This document shows, one piece after another, positions 48,501-58,614 of a stretch of 64,000 nucleotides of DNA. Numbering within the stretch: the stretch's first letter is position 1; every line of letters begins with the position of its first letter. The stretch is taken from NCBI GenBank assembly GCA_001275005.1, contig JWZX01003412.1:1-64000 (forward strand), written 5' to 3'. A model generated the notes under the pieces. The model saw only the letters and a list, made by a program, of their open reading frames with translations, did no database searches and was not told the origin of the DNA. Source of the DNA: Chrysochromulina tobinii (lineage: Eukaryota). Made by a program: the position numbers and the translations under genes.

Positions 48501-49448
48501 GCGCGGTGTGATCGGTCGAATAGCCAAAAACGATGTGCTCTGCGGCAGTTGCAACTGAAAAGCCGGCTTCACCTTTGCATAAGGCGCTCCCGCAACCTTC
48601 GCTGCCTCCTTCTCGGCCGCTGCCTTTGCAGCTGCCAACTCCTGCTCCGCCTCCAGGTGAGGTGACCACCGGCCAGTTGGTGCTGTGAGCGGCGGAGGTA
48701 GCGAAGGCGGAGAGTACACTTTTGTGTCTGCCACCGCCTCCATAATTGAAATGGGTACCTCATCCCCTGCCAGCACGGCTTTCTCCTCCACCTCTTCCGC
48801 CGGAAGCACTGAAGGCGCAGCTGCTTGAGTCTCCACTGGCAAGAGGGCTTCAGTCTCGGCTAGTAGTCTGCTTCTGTAGTCTGATACTTCTACGATCTCC
48901 TTCTCCTCCTCCTCCTCTTGCTGCTGATCGGATGAGAGCGTGATTTCTTCCACTGCTGCTGTAGCCTCTGCTGGTATCACGGGAGTCTCCTTCACCACCG
49001 TATCCTTGGCGAGTGCAAAAGGCTTCCGCTCGGGAGTCACCTCCTCCAAATCTGCATCCGTCTCGACGGCGACTGGAGGAGGAGTGGGGTTCACCTCCTC
49101 CATGGCATCATCCCCCCGTAAGGCCGGTTGATCAACCCCATCGATGGCGGAAGGTGGGCTAATGTTCTCCAGAAGTGCATACACTTTTGGCAAGTCAGGC
49201 TCGTTGGCGGCGAGAGCAGGAGTCTCCAGCACAGGTATGTCCTCCTCACGCGCAGCCTCCTCCTCCTCCTCACGCCAGTCCTCAGGGATTCGGGTGGAGC
49301 TCAGATCGGATGCAGTGGGGTCCGCATCTGTCGCAGGAGCAGCAGTCTCAGCTTCCAAAGGATCCAACCAAACCTCCTTCGGCGCATGCTTCGGCGCCGG
49401 CGACGGGACGTCCTGTAGCGCCAGCATATCTTCAGCTGGCGCGCTCAT
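45501..49448 (-). CDS. Acidic N-terminus + long array of about 10-aa AGY(T/S)xxE repeats
   Basis: 1364-aa ORF; dozens of [AI]G[YWF][TS][CA]xE[AV][RK] units over about 850 aa. Confidence 0.8.
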   Translation of the reverse strand: MSAPAEDMLALQDVPSPAPKHAPKEVWLDPLEAETAAPATDADPTASDLSSTRIPEDWREEEEEAAREEDIPVLETPALAANEPDLPKVYALLENISPPSAIDGVDQPALRGDDAMEEVNPTPPPVAVETDADLEEVTPERKPFALAKDTVVKETPVIPAEATAAVEEITLSSDQQQEEEEEKEIVEVSDYRSRLLAETEALLPVETQAAAPSVLPAEEVEEKAVLAGDEVPISIMEAVADTKVYSPPSLPPPLTAPTGRWSPHLEAEQELAAAKAAAEKEAAKVAGAPYAKVKPAFQLQLPQSTSFLAIRPITPRSTAKVHDTIMAEKEHAQKALEEAEEALRKAQAAELEAQSKFTLKASSFLDEQPATPRTMEREMIEIQETKLKTLQELQRWLYRTSTTRGCCGWGQLDKDKFHSAVLGLKAAIHSAKSTGVDSGRVEFAERELSAACSRIDAVQARRVGFSISDCKAVGHVDGLREAGYTLKEVKRVGYTCKQARAAGWEDLEDLRLIGYTATEAKAAGWTSIVDIKAAGYVAGLKEAGWTRVAIKYANYTCAEAIVGGYAEELAAAGYTSTEAREAGCGPTETRAAGYTCGEARAAGWTSGEVKSGGYSCGDSREGGYSLREAIDAGWSLQELKDGGYVEGLRAAGFSSTEIRAVGLGSHLKEAGCTCKEARDAGCLGVEIKAAGFELWEAWEAGYTCIEVRAGGWDTLSEIKSAGYTVPEAMLAGWTNIAVLFKEGPYIDGIKAAGYTARDAIMARYRDADARFPASDCKLIGFTCAELREAGYACAEARAAEYTCTEAGDGGWSLRDLNVGGYTCFEVKASGHVKGLAAAGYPSTHAFTAGYTIAEIYVAGYTCKEARIAGYLKGLKAAGYTCSEARAAGYGLLECRIAGFTVQDANGAGWIDIHDFYDAEYTCAEVKVAGYVKLLKSAGYSCDDCKAVGYTAGEVKIGGYSLKEARLTGYTCKECREGGWDSLPDMKAVGYTAKEAREAGWEILELKAVGYVQGMKEAGYSPKEFRAAEYTCVEARIAGYVEGLFEAGYSAVEMYEAGYSCSEAVWAGFVRLDVLKAAGYVEGVKDAGFQISNAKMVGYVEEIKRCGFSCIEARKAGYTCIQAKSASYTCEEVREAGYSCLEAKNAGLQAKDAGLGEDWSILVRLRIAGYRADEAKSAGYVAGLRDGGYTCTEIRNANYTCEEAQEGGYTVKEARDAGYSCAEARLVWHSLNEIRLGGYTATEAVQAGWMTLRELKIGGYVEGIREAGFSIEAMKKEHYLPFDCKRAGYDFDEASYIGYMGTRQCYDNEWQDFNKW

Positions 49449-50221
49449 CCTCGCCCGAGCCGCGCCGCGCCCGCACGCGTTGAAACTGCCCTGCGTGTCG
49501 TGTGAGTCGAATCGTTGCGTCTGCTGCGCGCGCGGGGGACTTACCAAACCGTGATGAGAGGTCTCATCATTACCCCACGTCTCCCGGACTCCCACACTTC
49601 CTAAGGTCCCTCTTTACGTCTCACCACCCCCTCAGTGAGCGTCACACAACGTGTATCCCAGCTTCATCCTAGCTCAGTCCCAGCTGGGAGCTGGCTCCCC
49701 GGGAGCCGCCTGCAGTCAGTGACAGTCAACGAGTCAGTTTCGTCGCGGCCATCACATCACCGTCTCAAAGGACAGCTCCGCTCCCCTCGGTCAGCACTCG
49801 TGACGCGAACCCTCAACTCGGCTGGCGGGCCAGCGAGCTCAGCCTGTACAAATTGAAATCGCGTACCGCCGCGCGGCATGCCGCGGGCGGGCGGAACCGC
49901 CATTCGTGATTCGATGGTGAGACAACCGCGCGGCCGACGCCTCGGCCCCGGCACGTCGATCCGAACCCGACCTCGCAACCATGAATCTGATATCTGTCGA
50001 CAGCAATGACACCCCCGTTCGCTATAAAGCACGGTTGGTGGACCGAGCTCCATTGTGCGCACCTACCACCTAGATTACATGTTCTACGACGAGCACTTCA
50101 CCCTTTCTCTCTACAATCTAGCTGACTAGCTCTCGCGGTACGAGGTTCCTACGTTCCAAACACCTAAGGAAGTGAAGATCGGTGTTCTCTACGACGGCTC
50201 GTCACTGCTCGTCAGAGTTCT

Positions 50222-52918
50222 TCACCACGCTAGCAGGCGTTTCGGCGGTGGAGTTGGCCGGCGCACGGGCGAGAGCTTTTTGGGCGGCTCGTCTGGTCCA
50301 CCAGCTGCAGCCTTCCATGACCGTGCAAGAGGAGGAGCTGTGTCTCTCTTGGGCTCGTCGGCAGGGACGACCAGAAGGTCCGCACATGGTGAGGTCACCA
50401 GTTGTCTGCTGAGAGCCAGTGGCTGTAGTTTGCGCCGCTGCAGACCAGGAACGGAACTGCTGCGGCCAAGTGCCCGTCCAGCCTCCATAGTGACCTTGCC
50501 TTCAAGCTCACTAACAAGGTCGACTGCTCTTAGCCAGCACCATTCGCGCCGCCGTGGACTTTTGGATCGGCTCGGCGTCGCGACCGCTGTCACGGAAGGT
50601 GCAGCAGGCTGATGTCTGGCCCGAGGAGATGCAGGAGGCGGAGAGGGGATGGAGCGCGAGGGTGTAACCGTGAAGGACACCGTCGCTCTGAGGAACGACA
50701 CATTGCCCACGCGCTCCGTGCCTATGGCGGTTTTCGGTGGCGACGTATACTCTGTAGATATGCCGCCGCGTGACTACAACCCAGTAAATGCTCCAGGCAT
50801 CGCTGACCGGCTCACACGTTCGAGCGGCTGTAGGTCCTCAGTGGCTGGGACGCGTCCTGGGAAATGGGGAGCATTACTTTGCACAGGCGGCGGAACTGGA
50901 GTCGTTGCTGCTGGTTTCGCCGCGTGGGGCTCCTCTGACGGCTTGTCTGTCGCAGTCGCGCCGTTGCCAGTGAGCATGGGCTCTGGCGACGGCGGAGGAC
51001 CTGACGACGATTGCGGCCCTGCAGCTAAAGTCGAGATGCTGTCGGCATCGCGCCCCGAATGCGCCACGCACGTGCTGAAGAATCGGTTCGGCGGCGGAGG
51101 CAGATCGGCAACACAAAGCCGCACAATGTAGTGGATTCGTTCGCACTCAAGGCCTGGGTACGATGTGTGCTCAAACTCGCAGATTGAGTGCCAGTTGACC
51201 TCCTTGATCCACGACTCTGGCGTGCACAGCTCCCTGGTGACGAGTTCCGTTGCCTTCAGAGTTGGAGACGACTTTTCCTTGAGCCGGCAAGTGAGCCGCC
51301 GCCGGCCACCATCGCGCTTGCACACGACGAGCTCGTGCTCTCCGTTGGAACTGAGAATCTGTACGGTCAGCAAGCGACGCTTGAGCAGCAGATTTGGGCA
51401 GACCGAATGCATCTCCACCGGGCTATCCGTGGCGTTGTTCAACGGCAGCTGCCGCTGCAGCAGAGGGGCACGCCGCGAGTAGAGCAGCCCATCTTGCGAG
51501 TAGAGCTCCGCGTATAGCATACGCAGCTGCTCGCCGGTCCATCGCTCTAAGCTGATTGAAGCGAAGCGTAGCACGATCGCGAGCTCTTGCAAAGAGCACA
51601 CGAAGAGATAGAGCGGCGGACCTCCTTGCATGGTAGCTGCCAGGTAGCGCTGCGCACCATGGAAGGCGTGCGGCGGAAGCTCGGGAATATCTTCGATGTC
51701 GGGCATCTTCATCGGAGGCAGCTTGAGCTTCTGTGGCTTCCGTTTCTCGAAAGTGTTGAGCTTGACGCTATCCTTTTTCCGCAGGCGCGGTGGCATCCTC
51801 ATGGGCTTTCCCGTCACAGGGTCAGGTTCACCTGGTAGATCCTCCTCCACCTCCACCTCCTCCACCTCCTCCACCTCCTCCACCACCTCCTCCTCCTTGG
51901 ACGGGGTAAGTCGGGCAAGTTCTTCCTCAGGCTCGGAATCCTCTTCAGGTTCGGGCATCACCCAGGTATTGATGGGCTCTGGCTCTGGCTCTGGCTCGGG
52001 CTCGGACTCCGAATGAACTTCCTCGCGTTCAGGCACGACAAACTTAGCGAGAGCGTCGGCGACGAGAAGTCGCACGTCCCCGTCAACCATCGTGTCGAGC
52101 AGGTCGTCACGAGTAAGCGCGACAGCCTTTTCCACGGCTGCTGCATGAATGGCCAACTCTAGGGCGGCGTCCTCGTCCTGCGCTTTGGCGAAAAGAACCT
52201 TCTCAATCTTGTCGCGCATCAGAGCTTGCTGCGCTCTCCTCTGCGCCGCCCTTGCCATTGCTGCTTCTCGTATCTCTTGCGCGGCACGCTCCCTTGCCTG
52301 GTTGCGCGCCAGATCGCGCGCAGCTTTCTCGGCTGCTTCCATTGATCTCTTCACCTGCTCTATCTCCCTATCGGCATCCTGGGCTTCCATCACAAGCCTT
52401 CCCTCGATCTTTTGCCGGGCCTTTCTCAAACGAGAAGCGTTGAGCGCTTCTTGCTTCTTGGCCTCATCGATGACCTCGTCCCATTTTTCCTGTTCACCGT
52501 GCGCGATTGTTGCGAGCTCCTTGCCGAGGGCCTTGCCGTAGTCCTTGAACTTGCCCCATTTGTTCTTCTTTGCAAGCGCAACCAGCGGGCTGTCCTCGGG
52601 TTCTTCTCCCCGTGCGATTTGAGCCATCTGGCGAATAGCACGCGCAACGTCATCGTCCATGCTTTTGAGTGTGGGTTCAGAGACGTTGTTCTCCCATTGT
52701 TTGATACGACTTACGAGGGGTTCCGGTGGAGGTCGCTTGCTCCGCATTTTGTATGTGTACGGGACGAATGTCTGCTCTGTCTCTGGGCTCTTGCCCATGC
52801 TCATGAAGGTGCCCTTGGGGCGCTTGAGCGGTGACAGGCCGCCCAAGAGCGGGCTGCGACCGCCCGTCATCGGCGGCGGTTGGTCCGTCGACGTCATCGC
52901 GCGCTCCACCTCCAGCAT
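50222..52918 (-). CDS. Protein of unknown function (coiled coil, acidic tract); possible continuation past an in-frame TAG
   Basis: ORF 50774-53020 (first ATG at 52918). The same frame continues after the TAG at 50776-50774 down to 50222. Confidence 0.6.
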
Positions 52919-53156
52919 CGCGCGGGTCTCCCCTGAAGAGAGTTTCGAAACTGCACAAAGCAACACTTGATCATTGCGCGATTGGCGCGCGCGCTCAGCG
53001 CTCAGCGAGCTTACCTCCAATCTTACTCATGCTTCATACATGATCTGGCATGGCGTGACAGTGGACGCTATATCCAATGTTTCTGCGTAACAGAGCTTCG
53101 AAAAACGCCGTGTCGAGCGGTGATCGCCCCGCAGGAGGCAAAACCGGCCTCTGGAA

Positions 53157-54544
53157 ATGGCGGCGGCCGCGACGATGATCATCACCTTATTCAAGCACTT
53201 GAAGCACATCTTCGAACCGGACATGTCGTCGTACGATCCGGATGCTGTCATCGATCATACCCTGCTCGAGACCTGCAAGCCGCACCACCGCGAGGTGGTG
53301 CAGCTGGCCATGACAGATCTGTATGGGAAGCGCATGGAAGCCATCCTCCGGCTTCCAGCGTCATGGGAGCGCTTCCTCGTTGAGCGTATGCTCAACGATA
53401 AGCGCGACCTGCTGCTGGCGCTCACCTTCCTGCAGGTGGCGCTCTGGCTGACGTTCACAAGCGTCATGCAGCTGCTGGTCCTCAATCCTAACAACAGTTG
53501 GAGCTGGTTGTGGATCGTGCCGCACCTGCTCATCACATGGGTCGTGTTTGGCCAGCGCTTCATTCTGGCGATGCACTACGCTGCGCACATACCACTCTTC
53601 AGCAAAAAGAAGATTGGCTTCGCCGCCACGCTGCTCAACGCGATCCCGACGACGGTCATGTGCAACTTCTACGGCATGCCTGCCGGCGCGTACTACGTTC
53701 ACCATTGCATCATGCACCATCAGGCCAACAACTTCTTCCCGCACGACGTCTCGTCGACGATGCCTTACGATCGCAGCTCGCCGCTCCACTTCTTTGCCTA
53801 CGTGATCAACTTCATGATCCACACCTTCCTCTATCTGCCCTTCTATTGCATCGTCAAGAAGCGCTATGACATCGCCGGTGTGTGCGCCGCGCTACTCGGG
53901 ACGTATATGCTCGCGATCAAGTTCCTGTACGCGTTCAACCCGCTCTTCTTCACGTGCTCGCTCGGCATCGCCTCCGTGCTCGGTCCGTTCGCGCTCATGC
54001 TGGGTAACTTTTCGCAGCACATCTTCGTTGACCCTGACTCGCCCTCGAGCAACTACACCCTCGCGTGCAACCACGTCAATGCGCCGTTCAACATGCTCAC
54101 GTTCAACGACGGCTACCACATCACGCACCACGTGAACTCGGTCTGCCACTGGAGCGAGATGCCTCTCAACTTCATTAAGAATCTCGACAAGTACGAGCAG
54201 GGCGGCGCGATCATCTTCAAGCACATCAGCTTCGATGAGATCTCGTTCGCCGTCTTCTCGGGCGAGCGGGGGCTGCGCCGGCTTGCTAAGCATGTGGTGC
54301 AGATCACGCCCAAGCATAAGAGTGAGGACGAGCTCGTCGCCATGTTCCGCCGCCGGCTGCAACCGATCGTGAACAAGGAGACGAATCTCACTTCGTCGCG
54401 CAATTCGGCGTCTTCCTCGCGAACGAAGTGCTCTGGTTCTCTGCCTGGGCGGTCGGTTGGCCGCTGGCAAAGATCCCCGCCATGGGCACTGCCGTCTTCT
54501 ACGCGATCTACCACATCGGCGGGCTCAGCTGGCTGAATGCCTGA
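53157..54544 (+). CDS. Membrane fatty-acid desaturase-like protein (1-nt frameshift near 54397)
   Basis: His boxes HYAAH, HHCIMHH and HITHH. From about 54400 the shifted frame reads QFGVFLANEVLWFSAWAVGWPLAKIPAMGTAVFYAIYHIGGLSWLNA* with typical codon usage. Confidence 0.85.
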
Positions 54545-54947
54545 ACAGCCGTGACGGACGGGATTCTCCCTTCAACGACCGGTACAGTCTCGTCCACGTG
54601 GGGTCCGTATGATGATCGATGTCTTGCGTTTGACCTGGTCCTCCGCGACGCGCTGCATGTGGGTCTGGGTACCCCCTGCGCCGTCCGCCCCCCCCCCCCC
54701 GCCGGCGTGTTCCGGATGTGCGTGGGTCGCGCCGCGCGTGTGTGCGGGCCCCTCCGTCGAGCGGTGTTCGCGTGTCGTCGCTTTCTTAATTGATAATTCT
54801 TTTCTTGCTCGACCGTATCATGATACTGACCCGGCCGATAGTCATCGCGTCTTCTAGCGAGGCCCCGACGAGATAGCGGCCAGCGCGCTCCGGCCCGGGT
54901 TCTGTAGCTGCGGCGCCCGCGCGCAGACGACGTTATCTCGTTATGTC

Positions 54948-55724
54948 TTATGAGCCCCATCGCTCGGTCGTCGAGGTTGGCAGGAAGGTGGCCGGCCCCC
55001 TATCAAACGAGTAGATGTCCAGGTCGTTGCCCAGCGGCAGGATGGGCAAGAAGGCGCCACCGCTGTTGTATCGCTGCTGCGCCTGATCGAGATCACTCAG
55101 ATCGAGCGCCGCGGCGAGCGCGGCGGCGCTGAGGGCCTTGCGTTCACCGGTGCCCACGCTCACGTCGGCAGGGCTGAAGCCTGAGCGTGTCTGCCGCTCG
55201 TCGGGTGAGGAGGGCAGCGAGATCGAGTCGTCGCCAGAGGGCACTGGCCGAGCGCTGAGCGCGTCCTCGCACTCCTCCTCTCCATCCACTTCCCTGCTCA
55301 TCGGCTTCCATTGGAGCGCTCGCGCGGCGGCGCCATGCAACCGCGCGCTCTGCAGCAGCTCATCCTGGAAGCTGTTCAGCCGCTCGACTAGCTCGCGGTC
55401 GTCCGCTACCGAGTCGTACATCTTGCCATTAAAGAACTCGATGCACCAAATACGCTCCTCCTCGCGGGTGCTGTTTGGCGGATCGAGCAGCAGGTGGCAG
55501 CTGGGTACGAGCTGCAGCATGTCGAGCTCGACGCCTCCGGCCTCGAGACGCTGCATTTTGCGCTTCGCAATGCTCGCCAGCCGCATCTTCTCCTGCTGCC
55601 ACGCCTGGTCCTCGGTGTCAAAGTCATCCCGGAGGAGCATCACCCATCCGTCAAAGCCTGCACGCGCCTGCAGCTCCCGCGAGGAGCAGTGGAAGATAAT
55701 ATACGCCTGCGCGGTGCTTGCCAT
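54948..55724 (-). CDS. Hypothetical protein
   Basis: ORF with C/G-ending codon bias and globular composition; no family recognised. Confidence 0.55.
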   Translation of the reverse strand: MASTAQAYIIFHCSSRELQARAGFDGWVMLLRDDFDTEDQAWQQEKMRLASIAKRKMQRLEAGGVELDMLQLVPSCHLLLDPPNSTREEERIWCIEFFNGKMYDSVADDRELVERLNSFQDELLQSARLHGAAARALQWKPMSREVDGEEECEDALSARPVPSGDDSISLPSSPDERQTRSGFSPADVSVGTGERKALSAAALAAALDLSDLDQAQQRYNSGGAFLPILPLGNDLDIYSFDRGPATFLPTSTTERWGS

Positions 55725-55920
55725 CCCTACTCGGGGGGCAGCGTATGTCGAAAGGAACTCTATCTCGACCGCAAGCAGGAAGTGTTCAGCGAACCGCGCG
55801 GCGCGCGCGGTTCGGCGGTAGTGCACAGGACGAGCGTCTTCGCCTCGGACGTTTCCGCAAGCTTTTGCGTTTTTTGGCAAGTTTTCTCGATTCGGGGGGT
55901 TTACGCCTTGCCGCGAAAGG

Positions 55921-56007
55921 TCAGGTCAGTTCAGTTCAGTTCAGAGAGCACATTTGACAGGCTTCCGTTAGGTTGTCTGTTGTTGATGTAGTAACTGAAC
56001 TGAACTG
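55921..56007. mobile_element. Small MITE-like element copy A, (CAGTT)n...(AACTG)n ends
   Basis: Inverted pentamer arrays; flanking CCGCGAAA at 55911-55918 and 56009-56016. The 39-bp core at 55944-55982 is 37/39 identical to the reverse complement of 58024-58062. Confidence 0.75.
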
Positions 56008-56539
56008 CCCGCGAAAATGGAAAAACACCACGCGTCGCCCCCGTGCACGCCCAACGAAAGAAGACCACCCGCATGTTGACTACAGTATCTTGCCGCAAGC
56101 CCGCAAGAACCCGCACAGCAGAGATAAGCCAAAGGCAAAGCGAATAGCGGAAGCGGGAAAGCCGGTTTGACGTCACGCGTTCTTTACACAGGGGAGGGAC
56201 GGGTACCCTAAGTATGTAACCTACAGATGACTTAAGTAACTCACACATACAACAGAGACTTGACCGGACGTTGGCCATTTGTACATGGTAGACGAGACAC
56301 ACAAGCACAAGCAAGCCCATTGACTAACTCACTCACGAAAGTAGAACACGAGACGCGCACAACACTCATGGGGAAGAGCAAGGCACACACGTTGCGTCGG
56401 ACGATAGTATGTGTACTCTCATCATGCTGACTCAGTGCACGAGAGCCGGAGCTCGGCCCTGGTCCCGCCAGTGCTGCACATGTAGGCACGGGCACGGGCT
56501 CTTGTAGGCACAGGCACAGCTCACTCGCCGTCTTAGAGT

Positions 56540-57748
56540 TCAACAAACGTAGCTGAGTTGAGCCGTTGCGCCCGATTTAGGCGATACGTTTGTTTGGTAG
56601 TTGACATCGACGATCGCCTGCAGCAGCAGCTCGTGAACCGCGCGCTGGTTGAAACGCATCGCGAGCCCGGCAGCGGTGTTGCCGTCGGCGTCGAGCGCGC
56701 CAATGTGGGCGCCTGCGTCGATGAGCAAGTTGACACATGTTCTCAATCCGCGCGCCGCGGCCCAGTGAAGCGGGAAGCGGTCGCCGTCGGGGTCGCGCAA
56801 GTTGACAGAGATGGTCTCCCTGATCCCCGGGTCCTTCTCGAGGTTGTACGCGCGCAGCATCGAGGCGAGCTCGCGTGTCTTATTCCCCAAGCAGAGCTGT
56901 GAGATTGGTCCCTCATTGCCCGTTGACTTCTTCACGTCGTCTATGGGCGGGCCGTACTTGATGATATCGCCGATTTCGAACTGGTCGCAGTCGAGCGCGA
57001 GCTCGGCAGGCGTGCGCCCCTGTGCGTCGCGCGCCGTCTTGTCCGCGCCCGCCTCGAGTAGAAGGACGACGCACCGACGAAAGCCGCGCGCCGCCGCCCA
57101 ATGCAGCGGCGTGCGGTCGCCGTCGACGTCGAACTCGTTGACATTGTGGCCGAGCGCGATGAAGCTCTTGACCTGCGTCACCTGGTTGAAGGCCACGCGC
57201 AGCGAAAGGCCCTGCAACTGCTCGGTCACCTGTTTCTTGTCGTTGTGGTACACAGTGCCGATGCCAAGAGCGCGCTCAGTATCGCCCAACGTCTGTCGAA
57301 AGGTTTGTCGTGCTGACAAGAACATGCGCGACGAAAACGCCCCGCCCACTGCGTTGAGCGAGCGCGTGCTCAAGGACCCGAGGATCGAGCCGATGCTCCT
57401 CTGCGAGTCCGGGACCCCATCTGCAGAAACGGAACGCCCTCTGCGATTCGCTGCTGATGGGGTCCCGGGCGTGCCGATTCTGCTGAGCGGCAGCAGCACG
57501 GCAGCTTTGGGCTGTGGCTGTGTCAGGGATGGATGATCGCTTTGGCTGCCGTTCGAGTCAGTGTCCGACTCCTGGACTAGAGGTGGCATCTCCTCGCTCT
57601 CATCGACGAAAGCCCCCTTGTCGTGCTGCGTCGTGTCCAATTGCGGACGTGTCGCAACTGCGAATGAAGTGTTGTCAAAGAAACCGCGGAAGACATCGAA
57701 CGCCGACTCCATAGAGAGGGCGGGTACATCGGCTGGTGGGACGGCCAT
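56540..57748 (-). CDS. Ankyrin-repeat protein
   Basis: DGDRTPLHWAAARG...LLLEAGAD and DGDRFPLHWAAARG...LLIDAGA. Confidence 0.85.
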   Translation of the reverse strand: MAVPPADVPALSMESAFDVFRGFFDNTSFAVATRPQLDTTQHDKGAFVDESEEMPPLVQESDTDSNGSQSDHPSLTQPQPKAAVLLPLSRIGTPGTPSAANRRGRSVSADGVPDSQRSIGSILGSLSTRSLNAVGGAFSSRMFLSARQTFRQTLGDTERALGIGTVYHNDKKQVTEQLQGLSLRVAFNQVTQVKSFIALGHNVNEFDVDGDRTPLHWAAARGFRRCVVLLLEAGADKTARDAQGRTPAELALDCDQFEIGDIIKYGPPIDDVKKSTGNEGPISQLCLGNKTRELASMLRAYNLEKDPGIRETISVNLRDPDGDRFPLHWAAARGLRTCVNLLIDAGAHIGALDADGNTAAGLAMRFNQRAVHELLLQAIVDVNYQTNVSPKSGATAQLSYVC

Positions 57749-57969
57749 GAGAGGGACCAGCCGGAGTTGCCACGAGACCAACTCCTTCGTCTCCTTCGTT
57801 TTTTTCGTGACTTGTGCATGGATAAAATCAGAAATAGACTTGTGCTAAATTTGCTGATTGAATCATCCATCAATCTCGGAAGGCTGCTTCAAAATTCTTC
57901 TGAGAGTTCGATGGAAAAAAAGAGCGGTCGGTCGACCACGACCGCTGACGTGCAGCGCGTGGTGCATTG

Positions 57970-58110
57970 TTCAGTTCAGTTACTACATGTACATAAACAA
58001 GAAAACAACACTCAACACCTCTGCAACAGACAACCTAACGGAAGCCTATCGAATGTGCTCTCGAGGCTAGCAGTGGGGGTGAACTGAACTGAACTGAACT
58101 GAACTGAACT
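57970..58110. mobile_element. Small MITE-like element copy B (longer), inverted relative to copy A
   Basis: TTCAGTTCAGTTACTACAT...(GAACT)6; direct repeat GGTGCATTG at 57961-57969 and 58111-58119. Confidence 0.8.
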
Positions 58111-58614
58111 GGTGCATTGGCTTGGTGCTGACCTTGTGACCTACAAGTGCTGTCTGCTGTAGACTGACTTTTCGACTTTTGTGTCTTGAGAGGGGTTCAA
58201 TCAGTGGTTCAATTGGAGGGGTTGCTCAGAGTTTTGCGAAATTTAGAGAAAAAATTGCCAGCGGCGCCGCAAGTCGCGAAATTTTCGAAATTTGCCATTC
58301 ACCGCACCATTGACCATTCGGGAGGCACACGCAGTTTTAGGCTTTTACATGTAGCAGTTCACAATAAGTTTGGAAGCTCGTACCGTCGTCCTTATCGTCC
58401 GCCGTAGCTGTTCAACACAAGTCAAGTCAAGTCACTTCCAAAAAATCAGACAACCTATTACAGTAAGCCCATCGAAACGCGCGAGCCACCCTGCGGTGGC
58501 GCACGACACAGCGCTTGAGCTCGTAGTGAGGAGATACTCCGCGACGCGGAGTGGCGAAGGTCTTCCTGGCTCGTGCGGAGGTATTGCCGTCGACGGCCGC
58601 ACGATTAGCACGGC

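Noticed and set aside
55921..58110. Composite transposon carrying the ankyrin gene between inverted element copies
   Set aside because: Each copy has its own distinct flanking duplication and the outer flanks do not match, so these are independent insertions.
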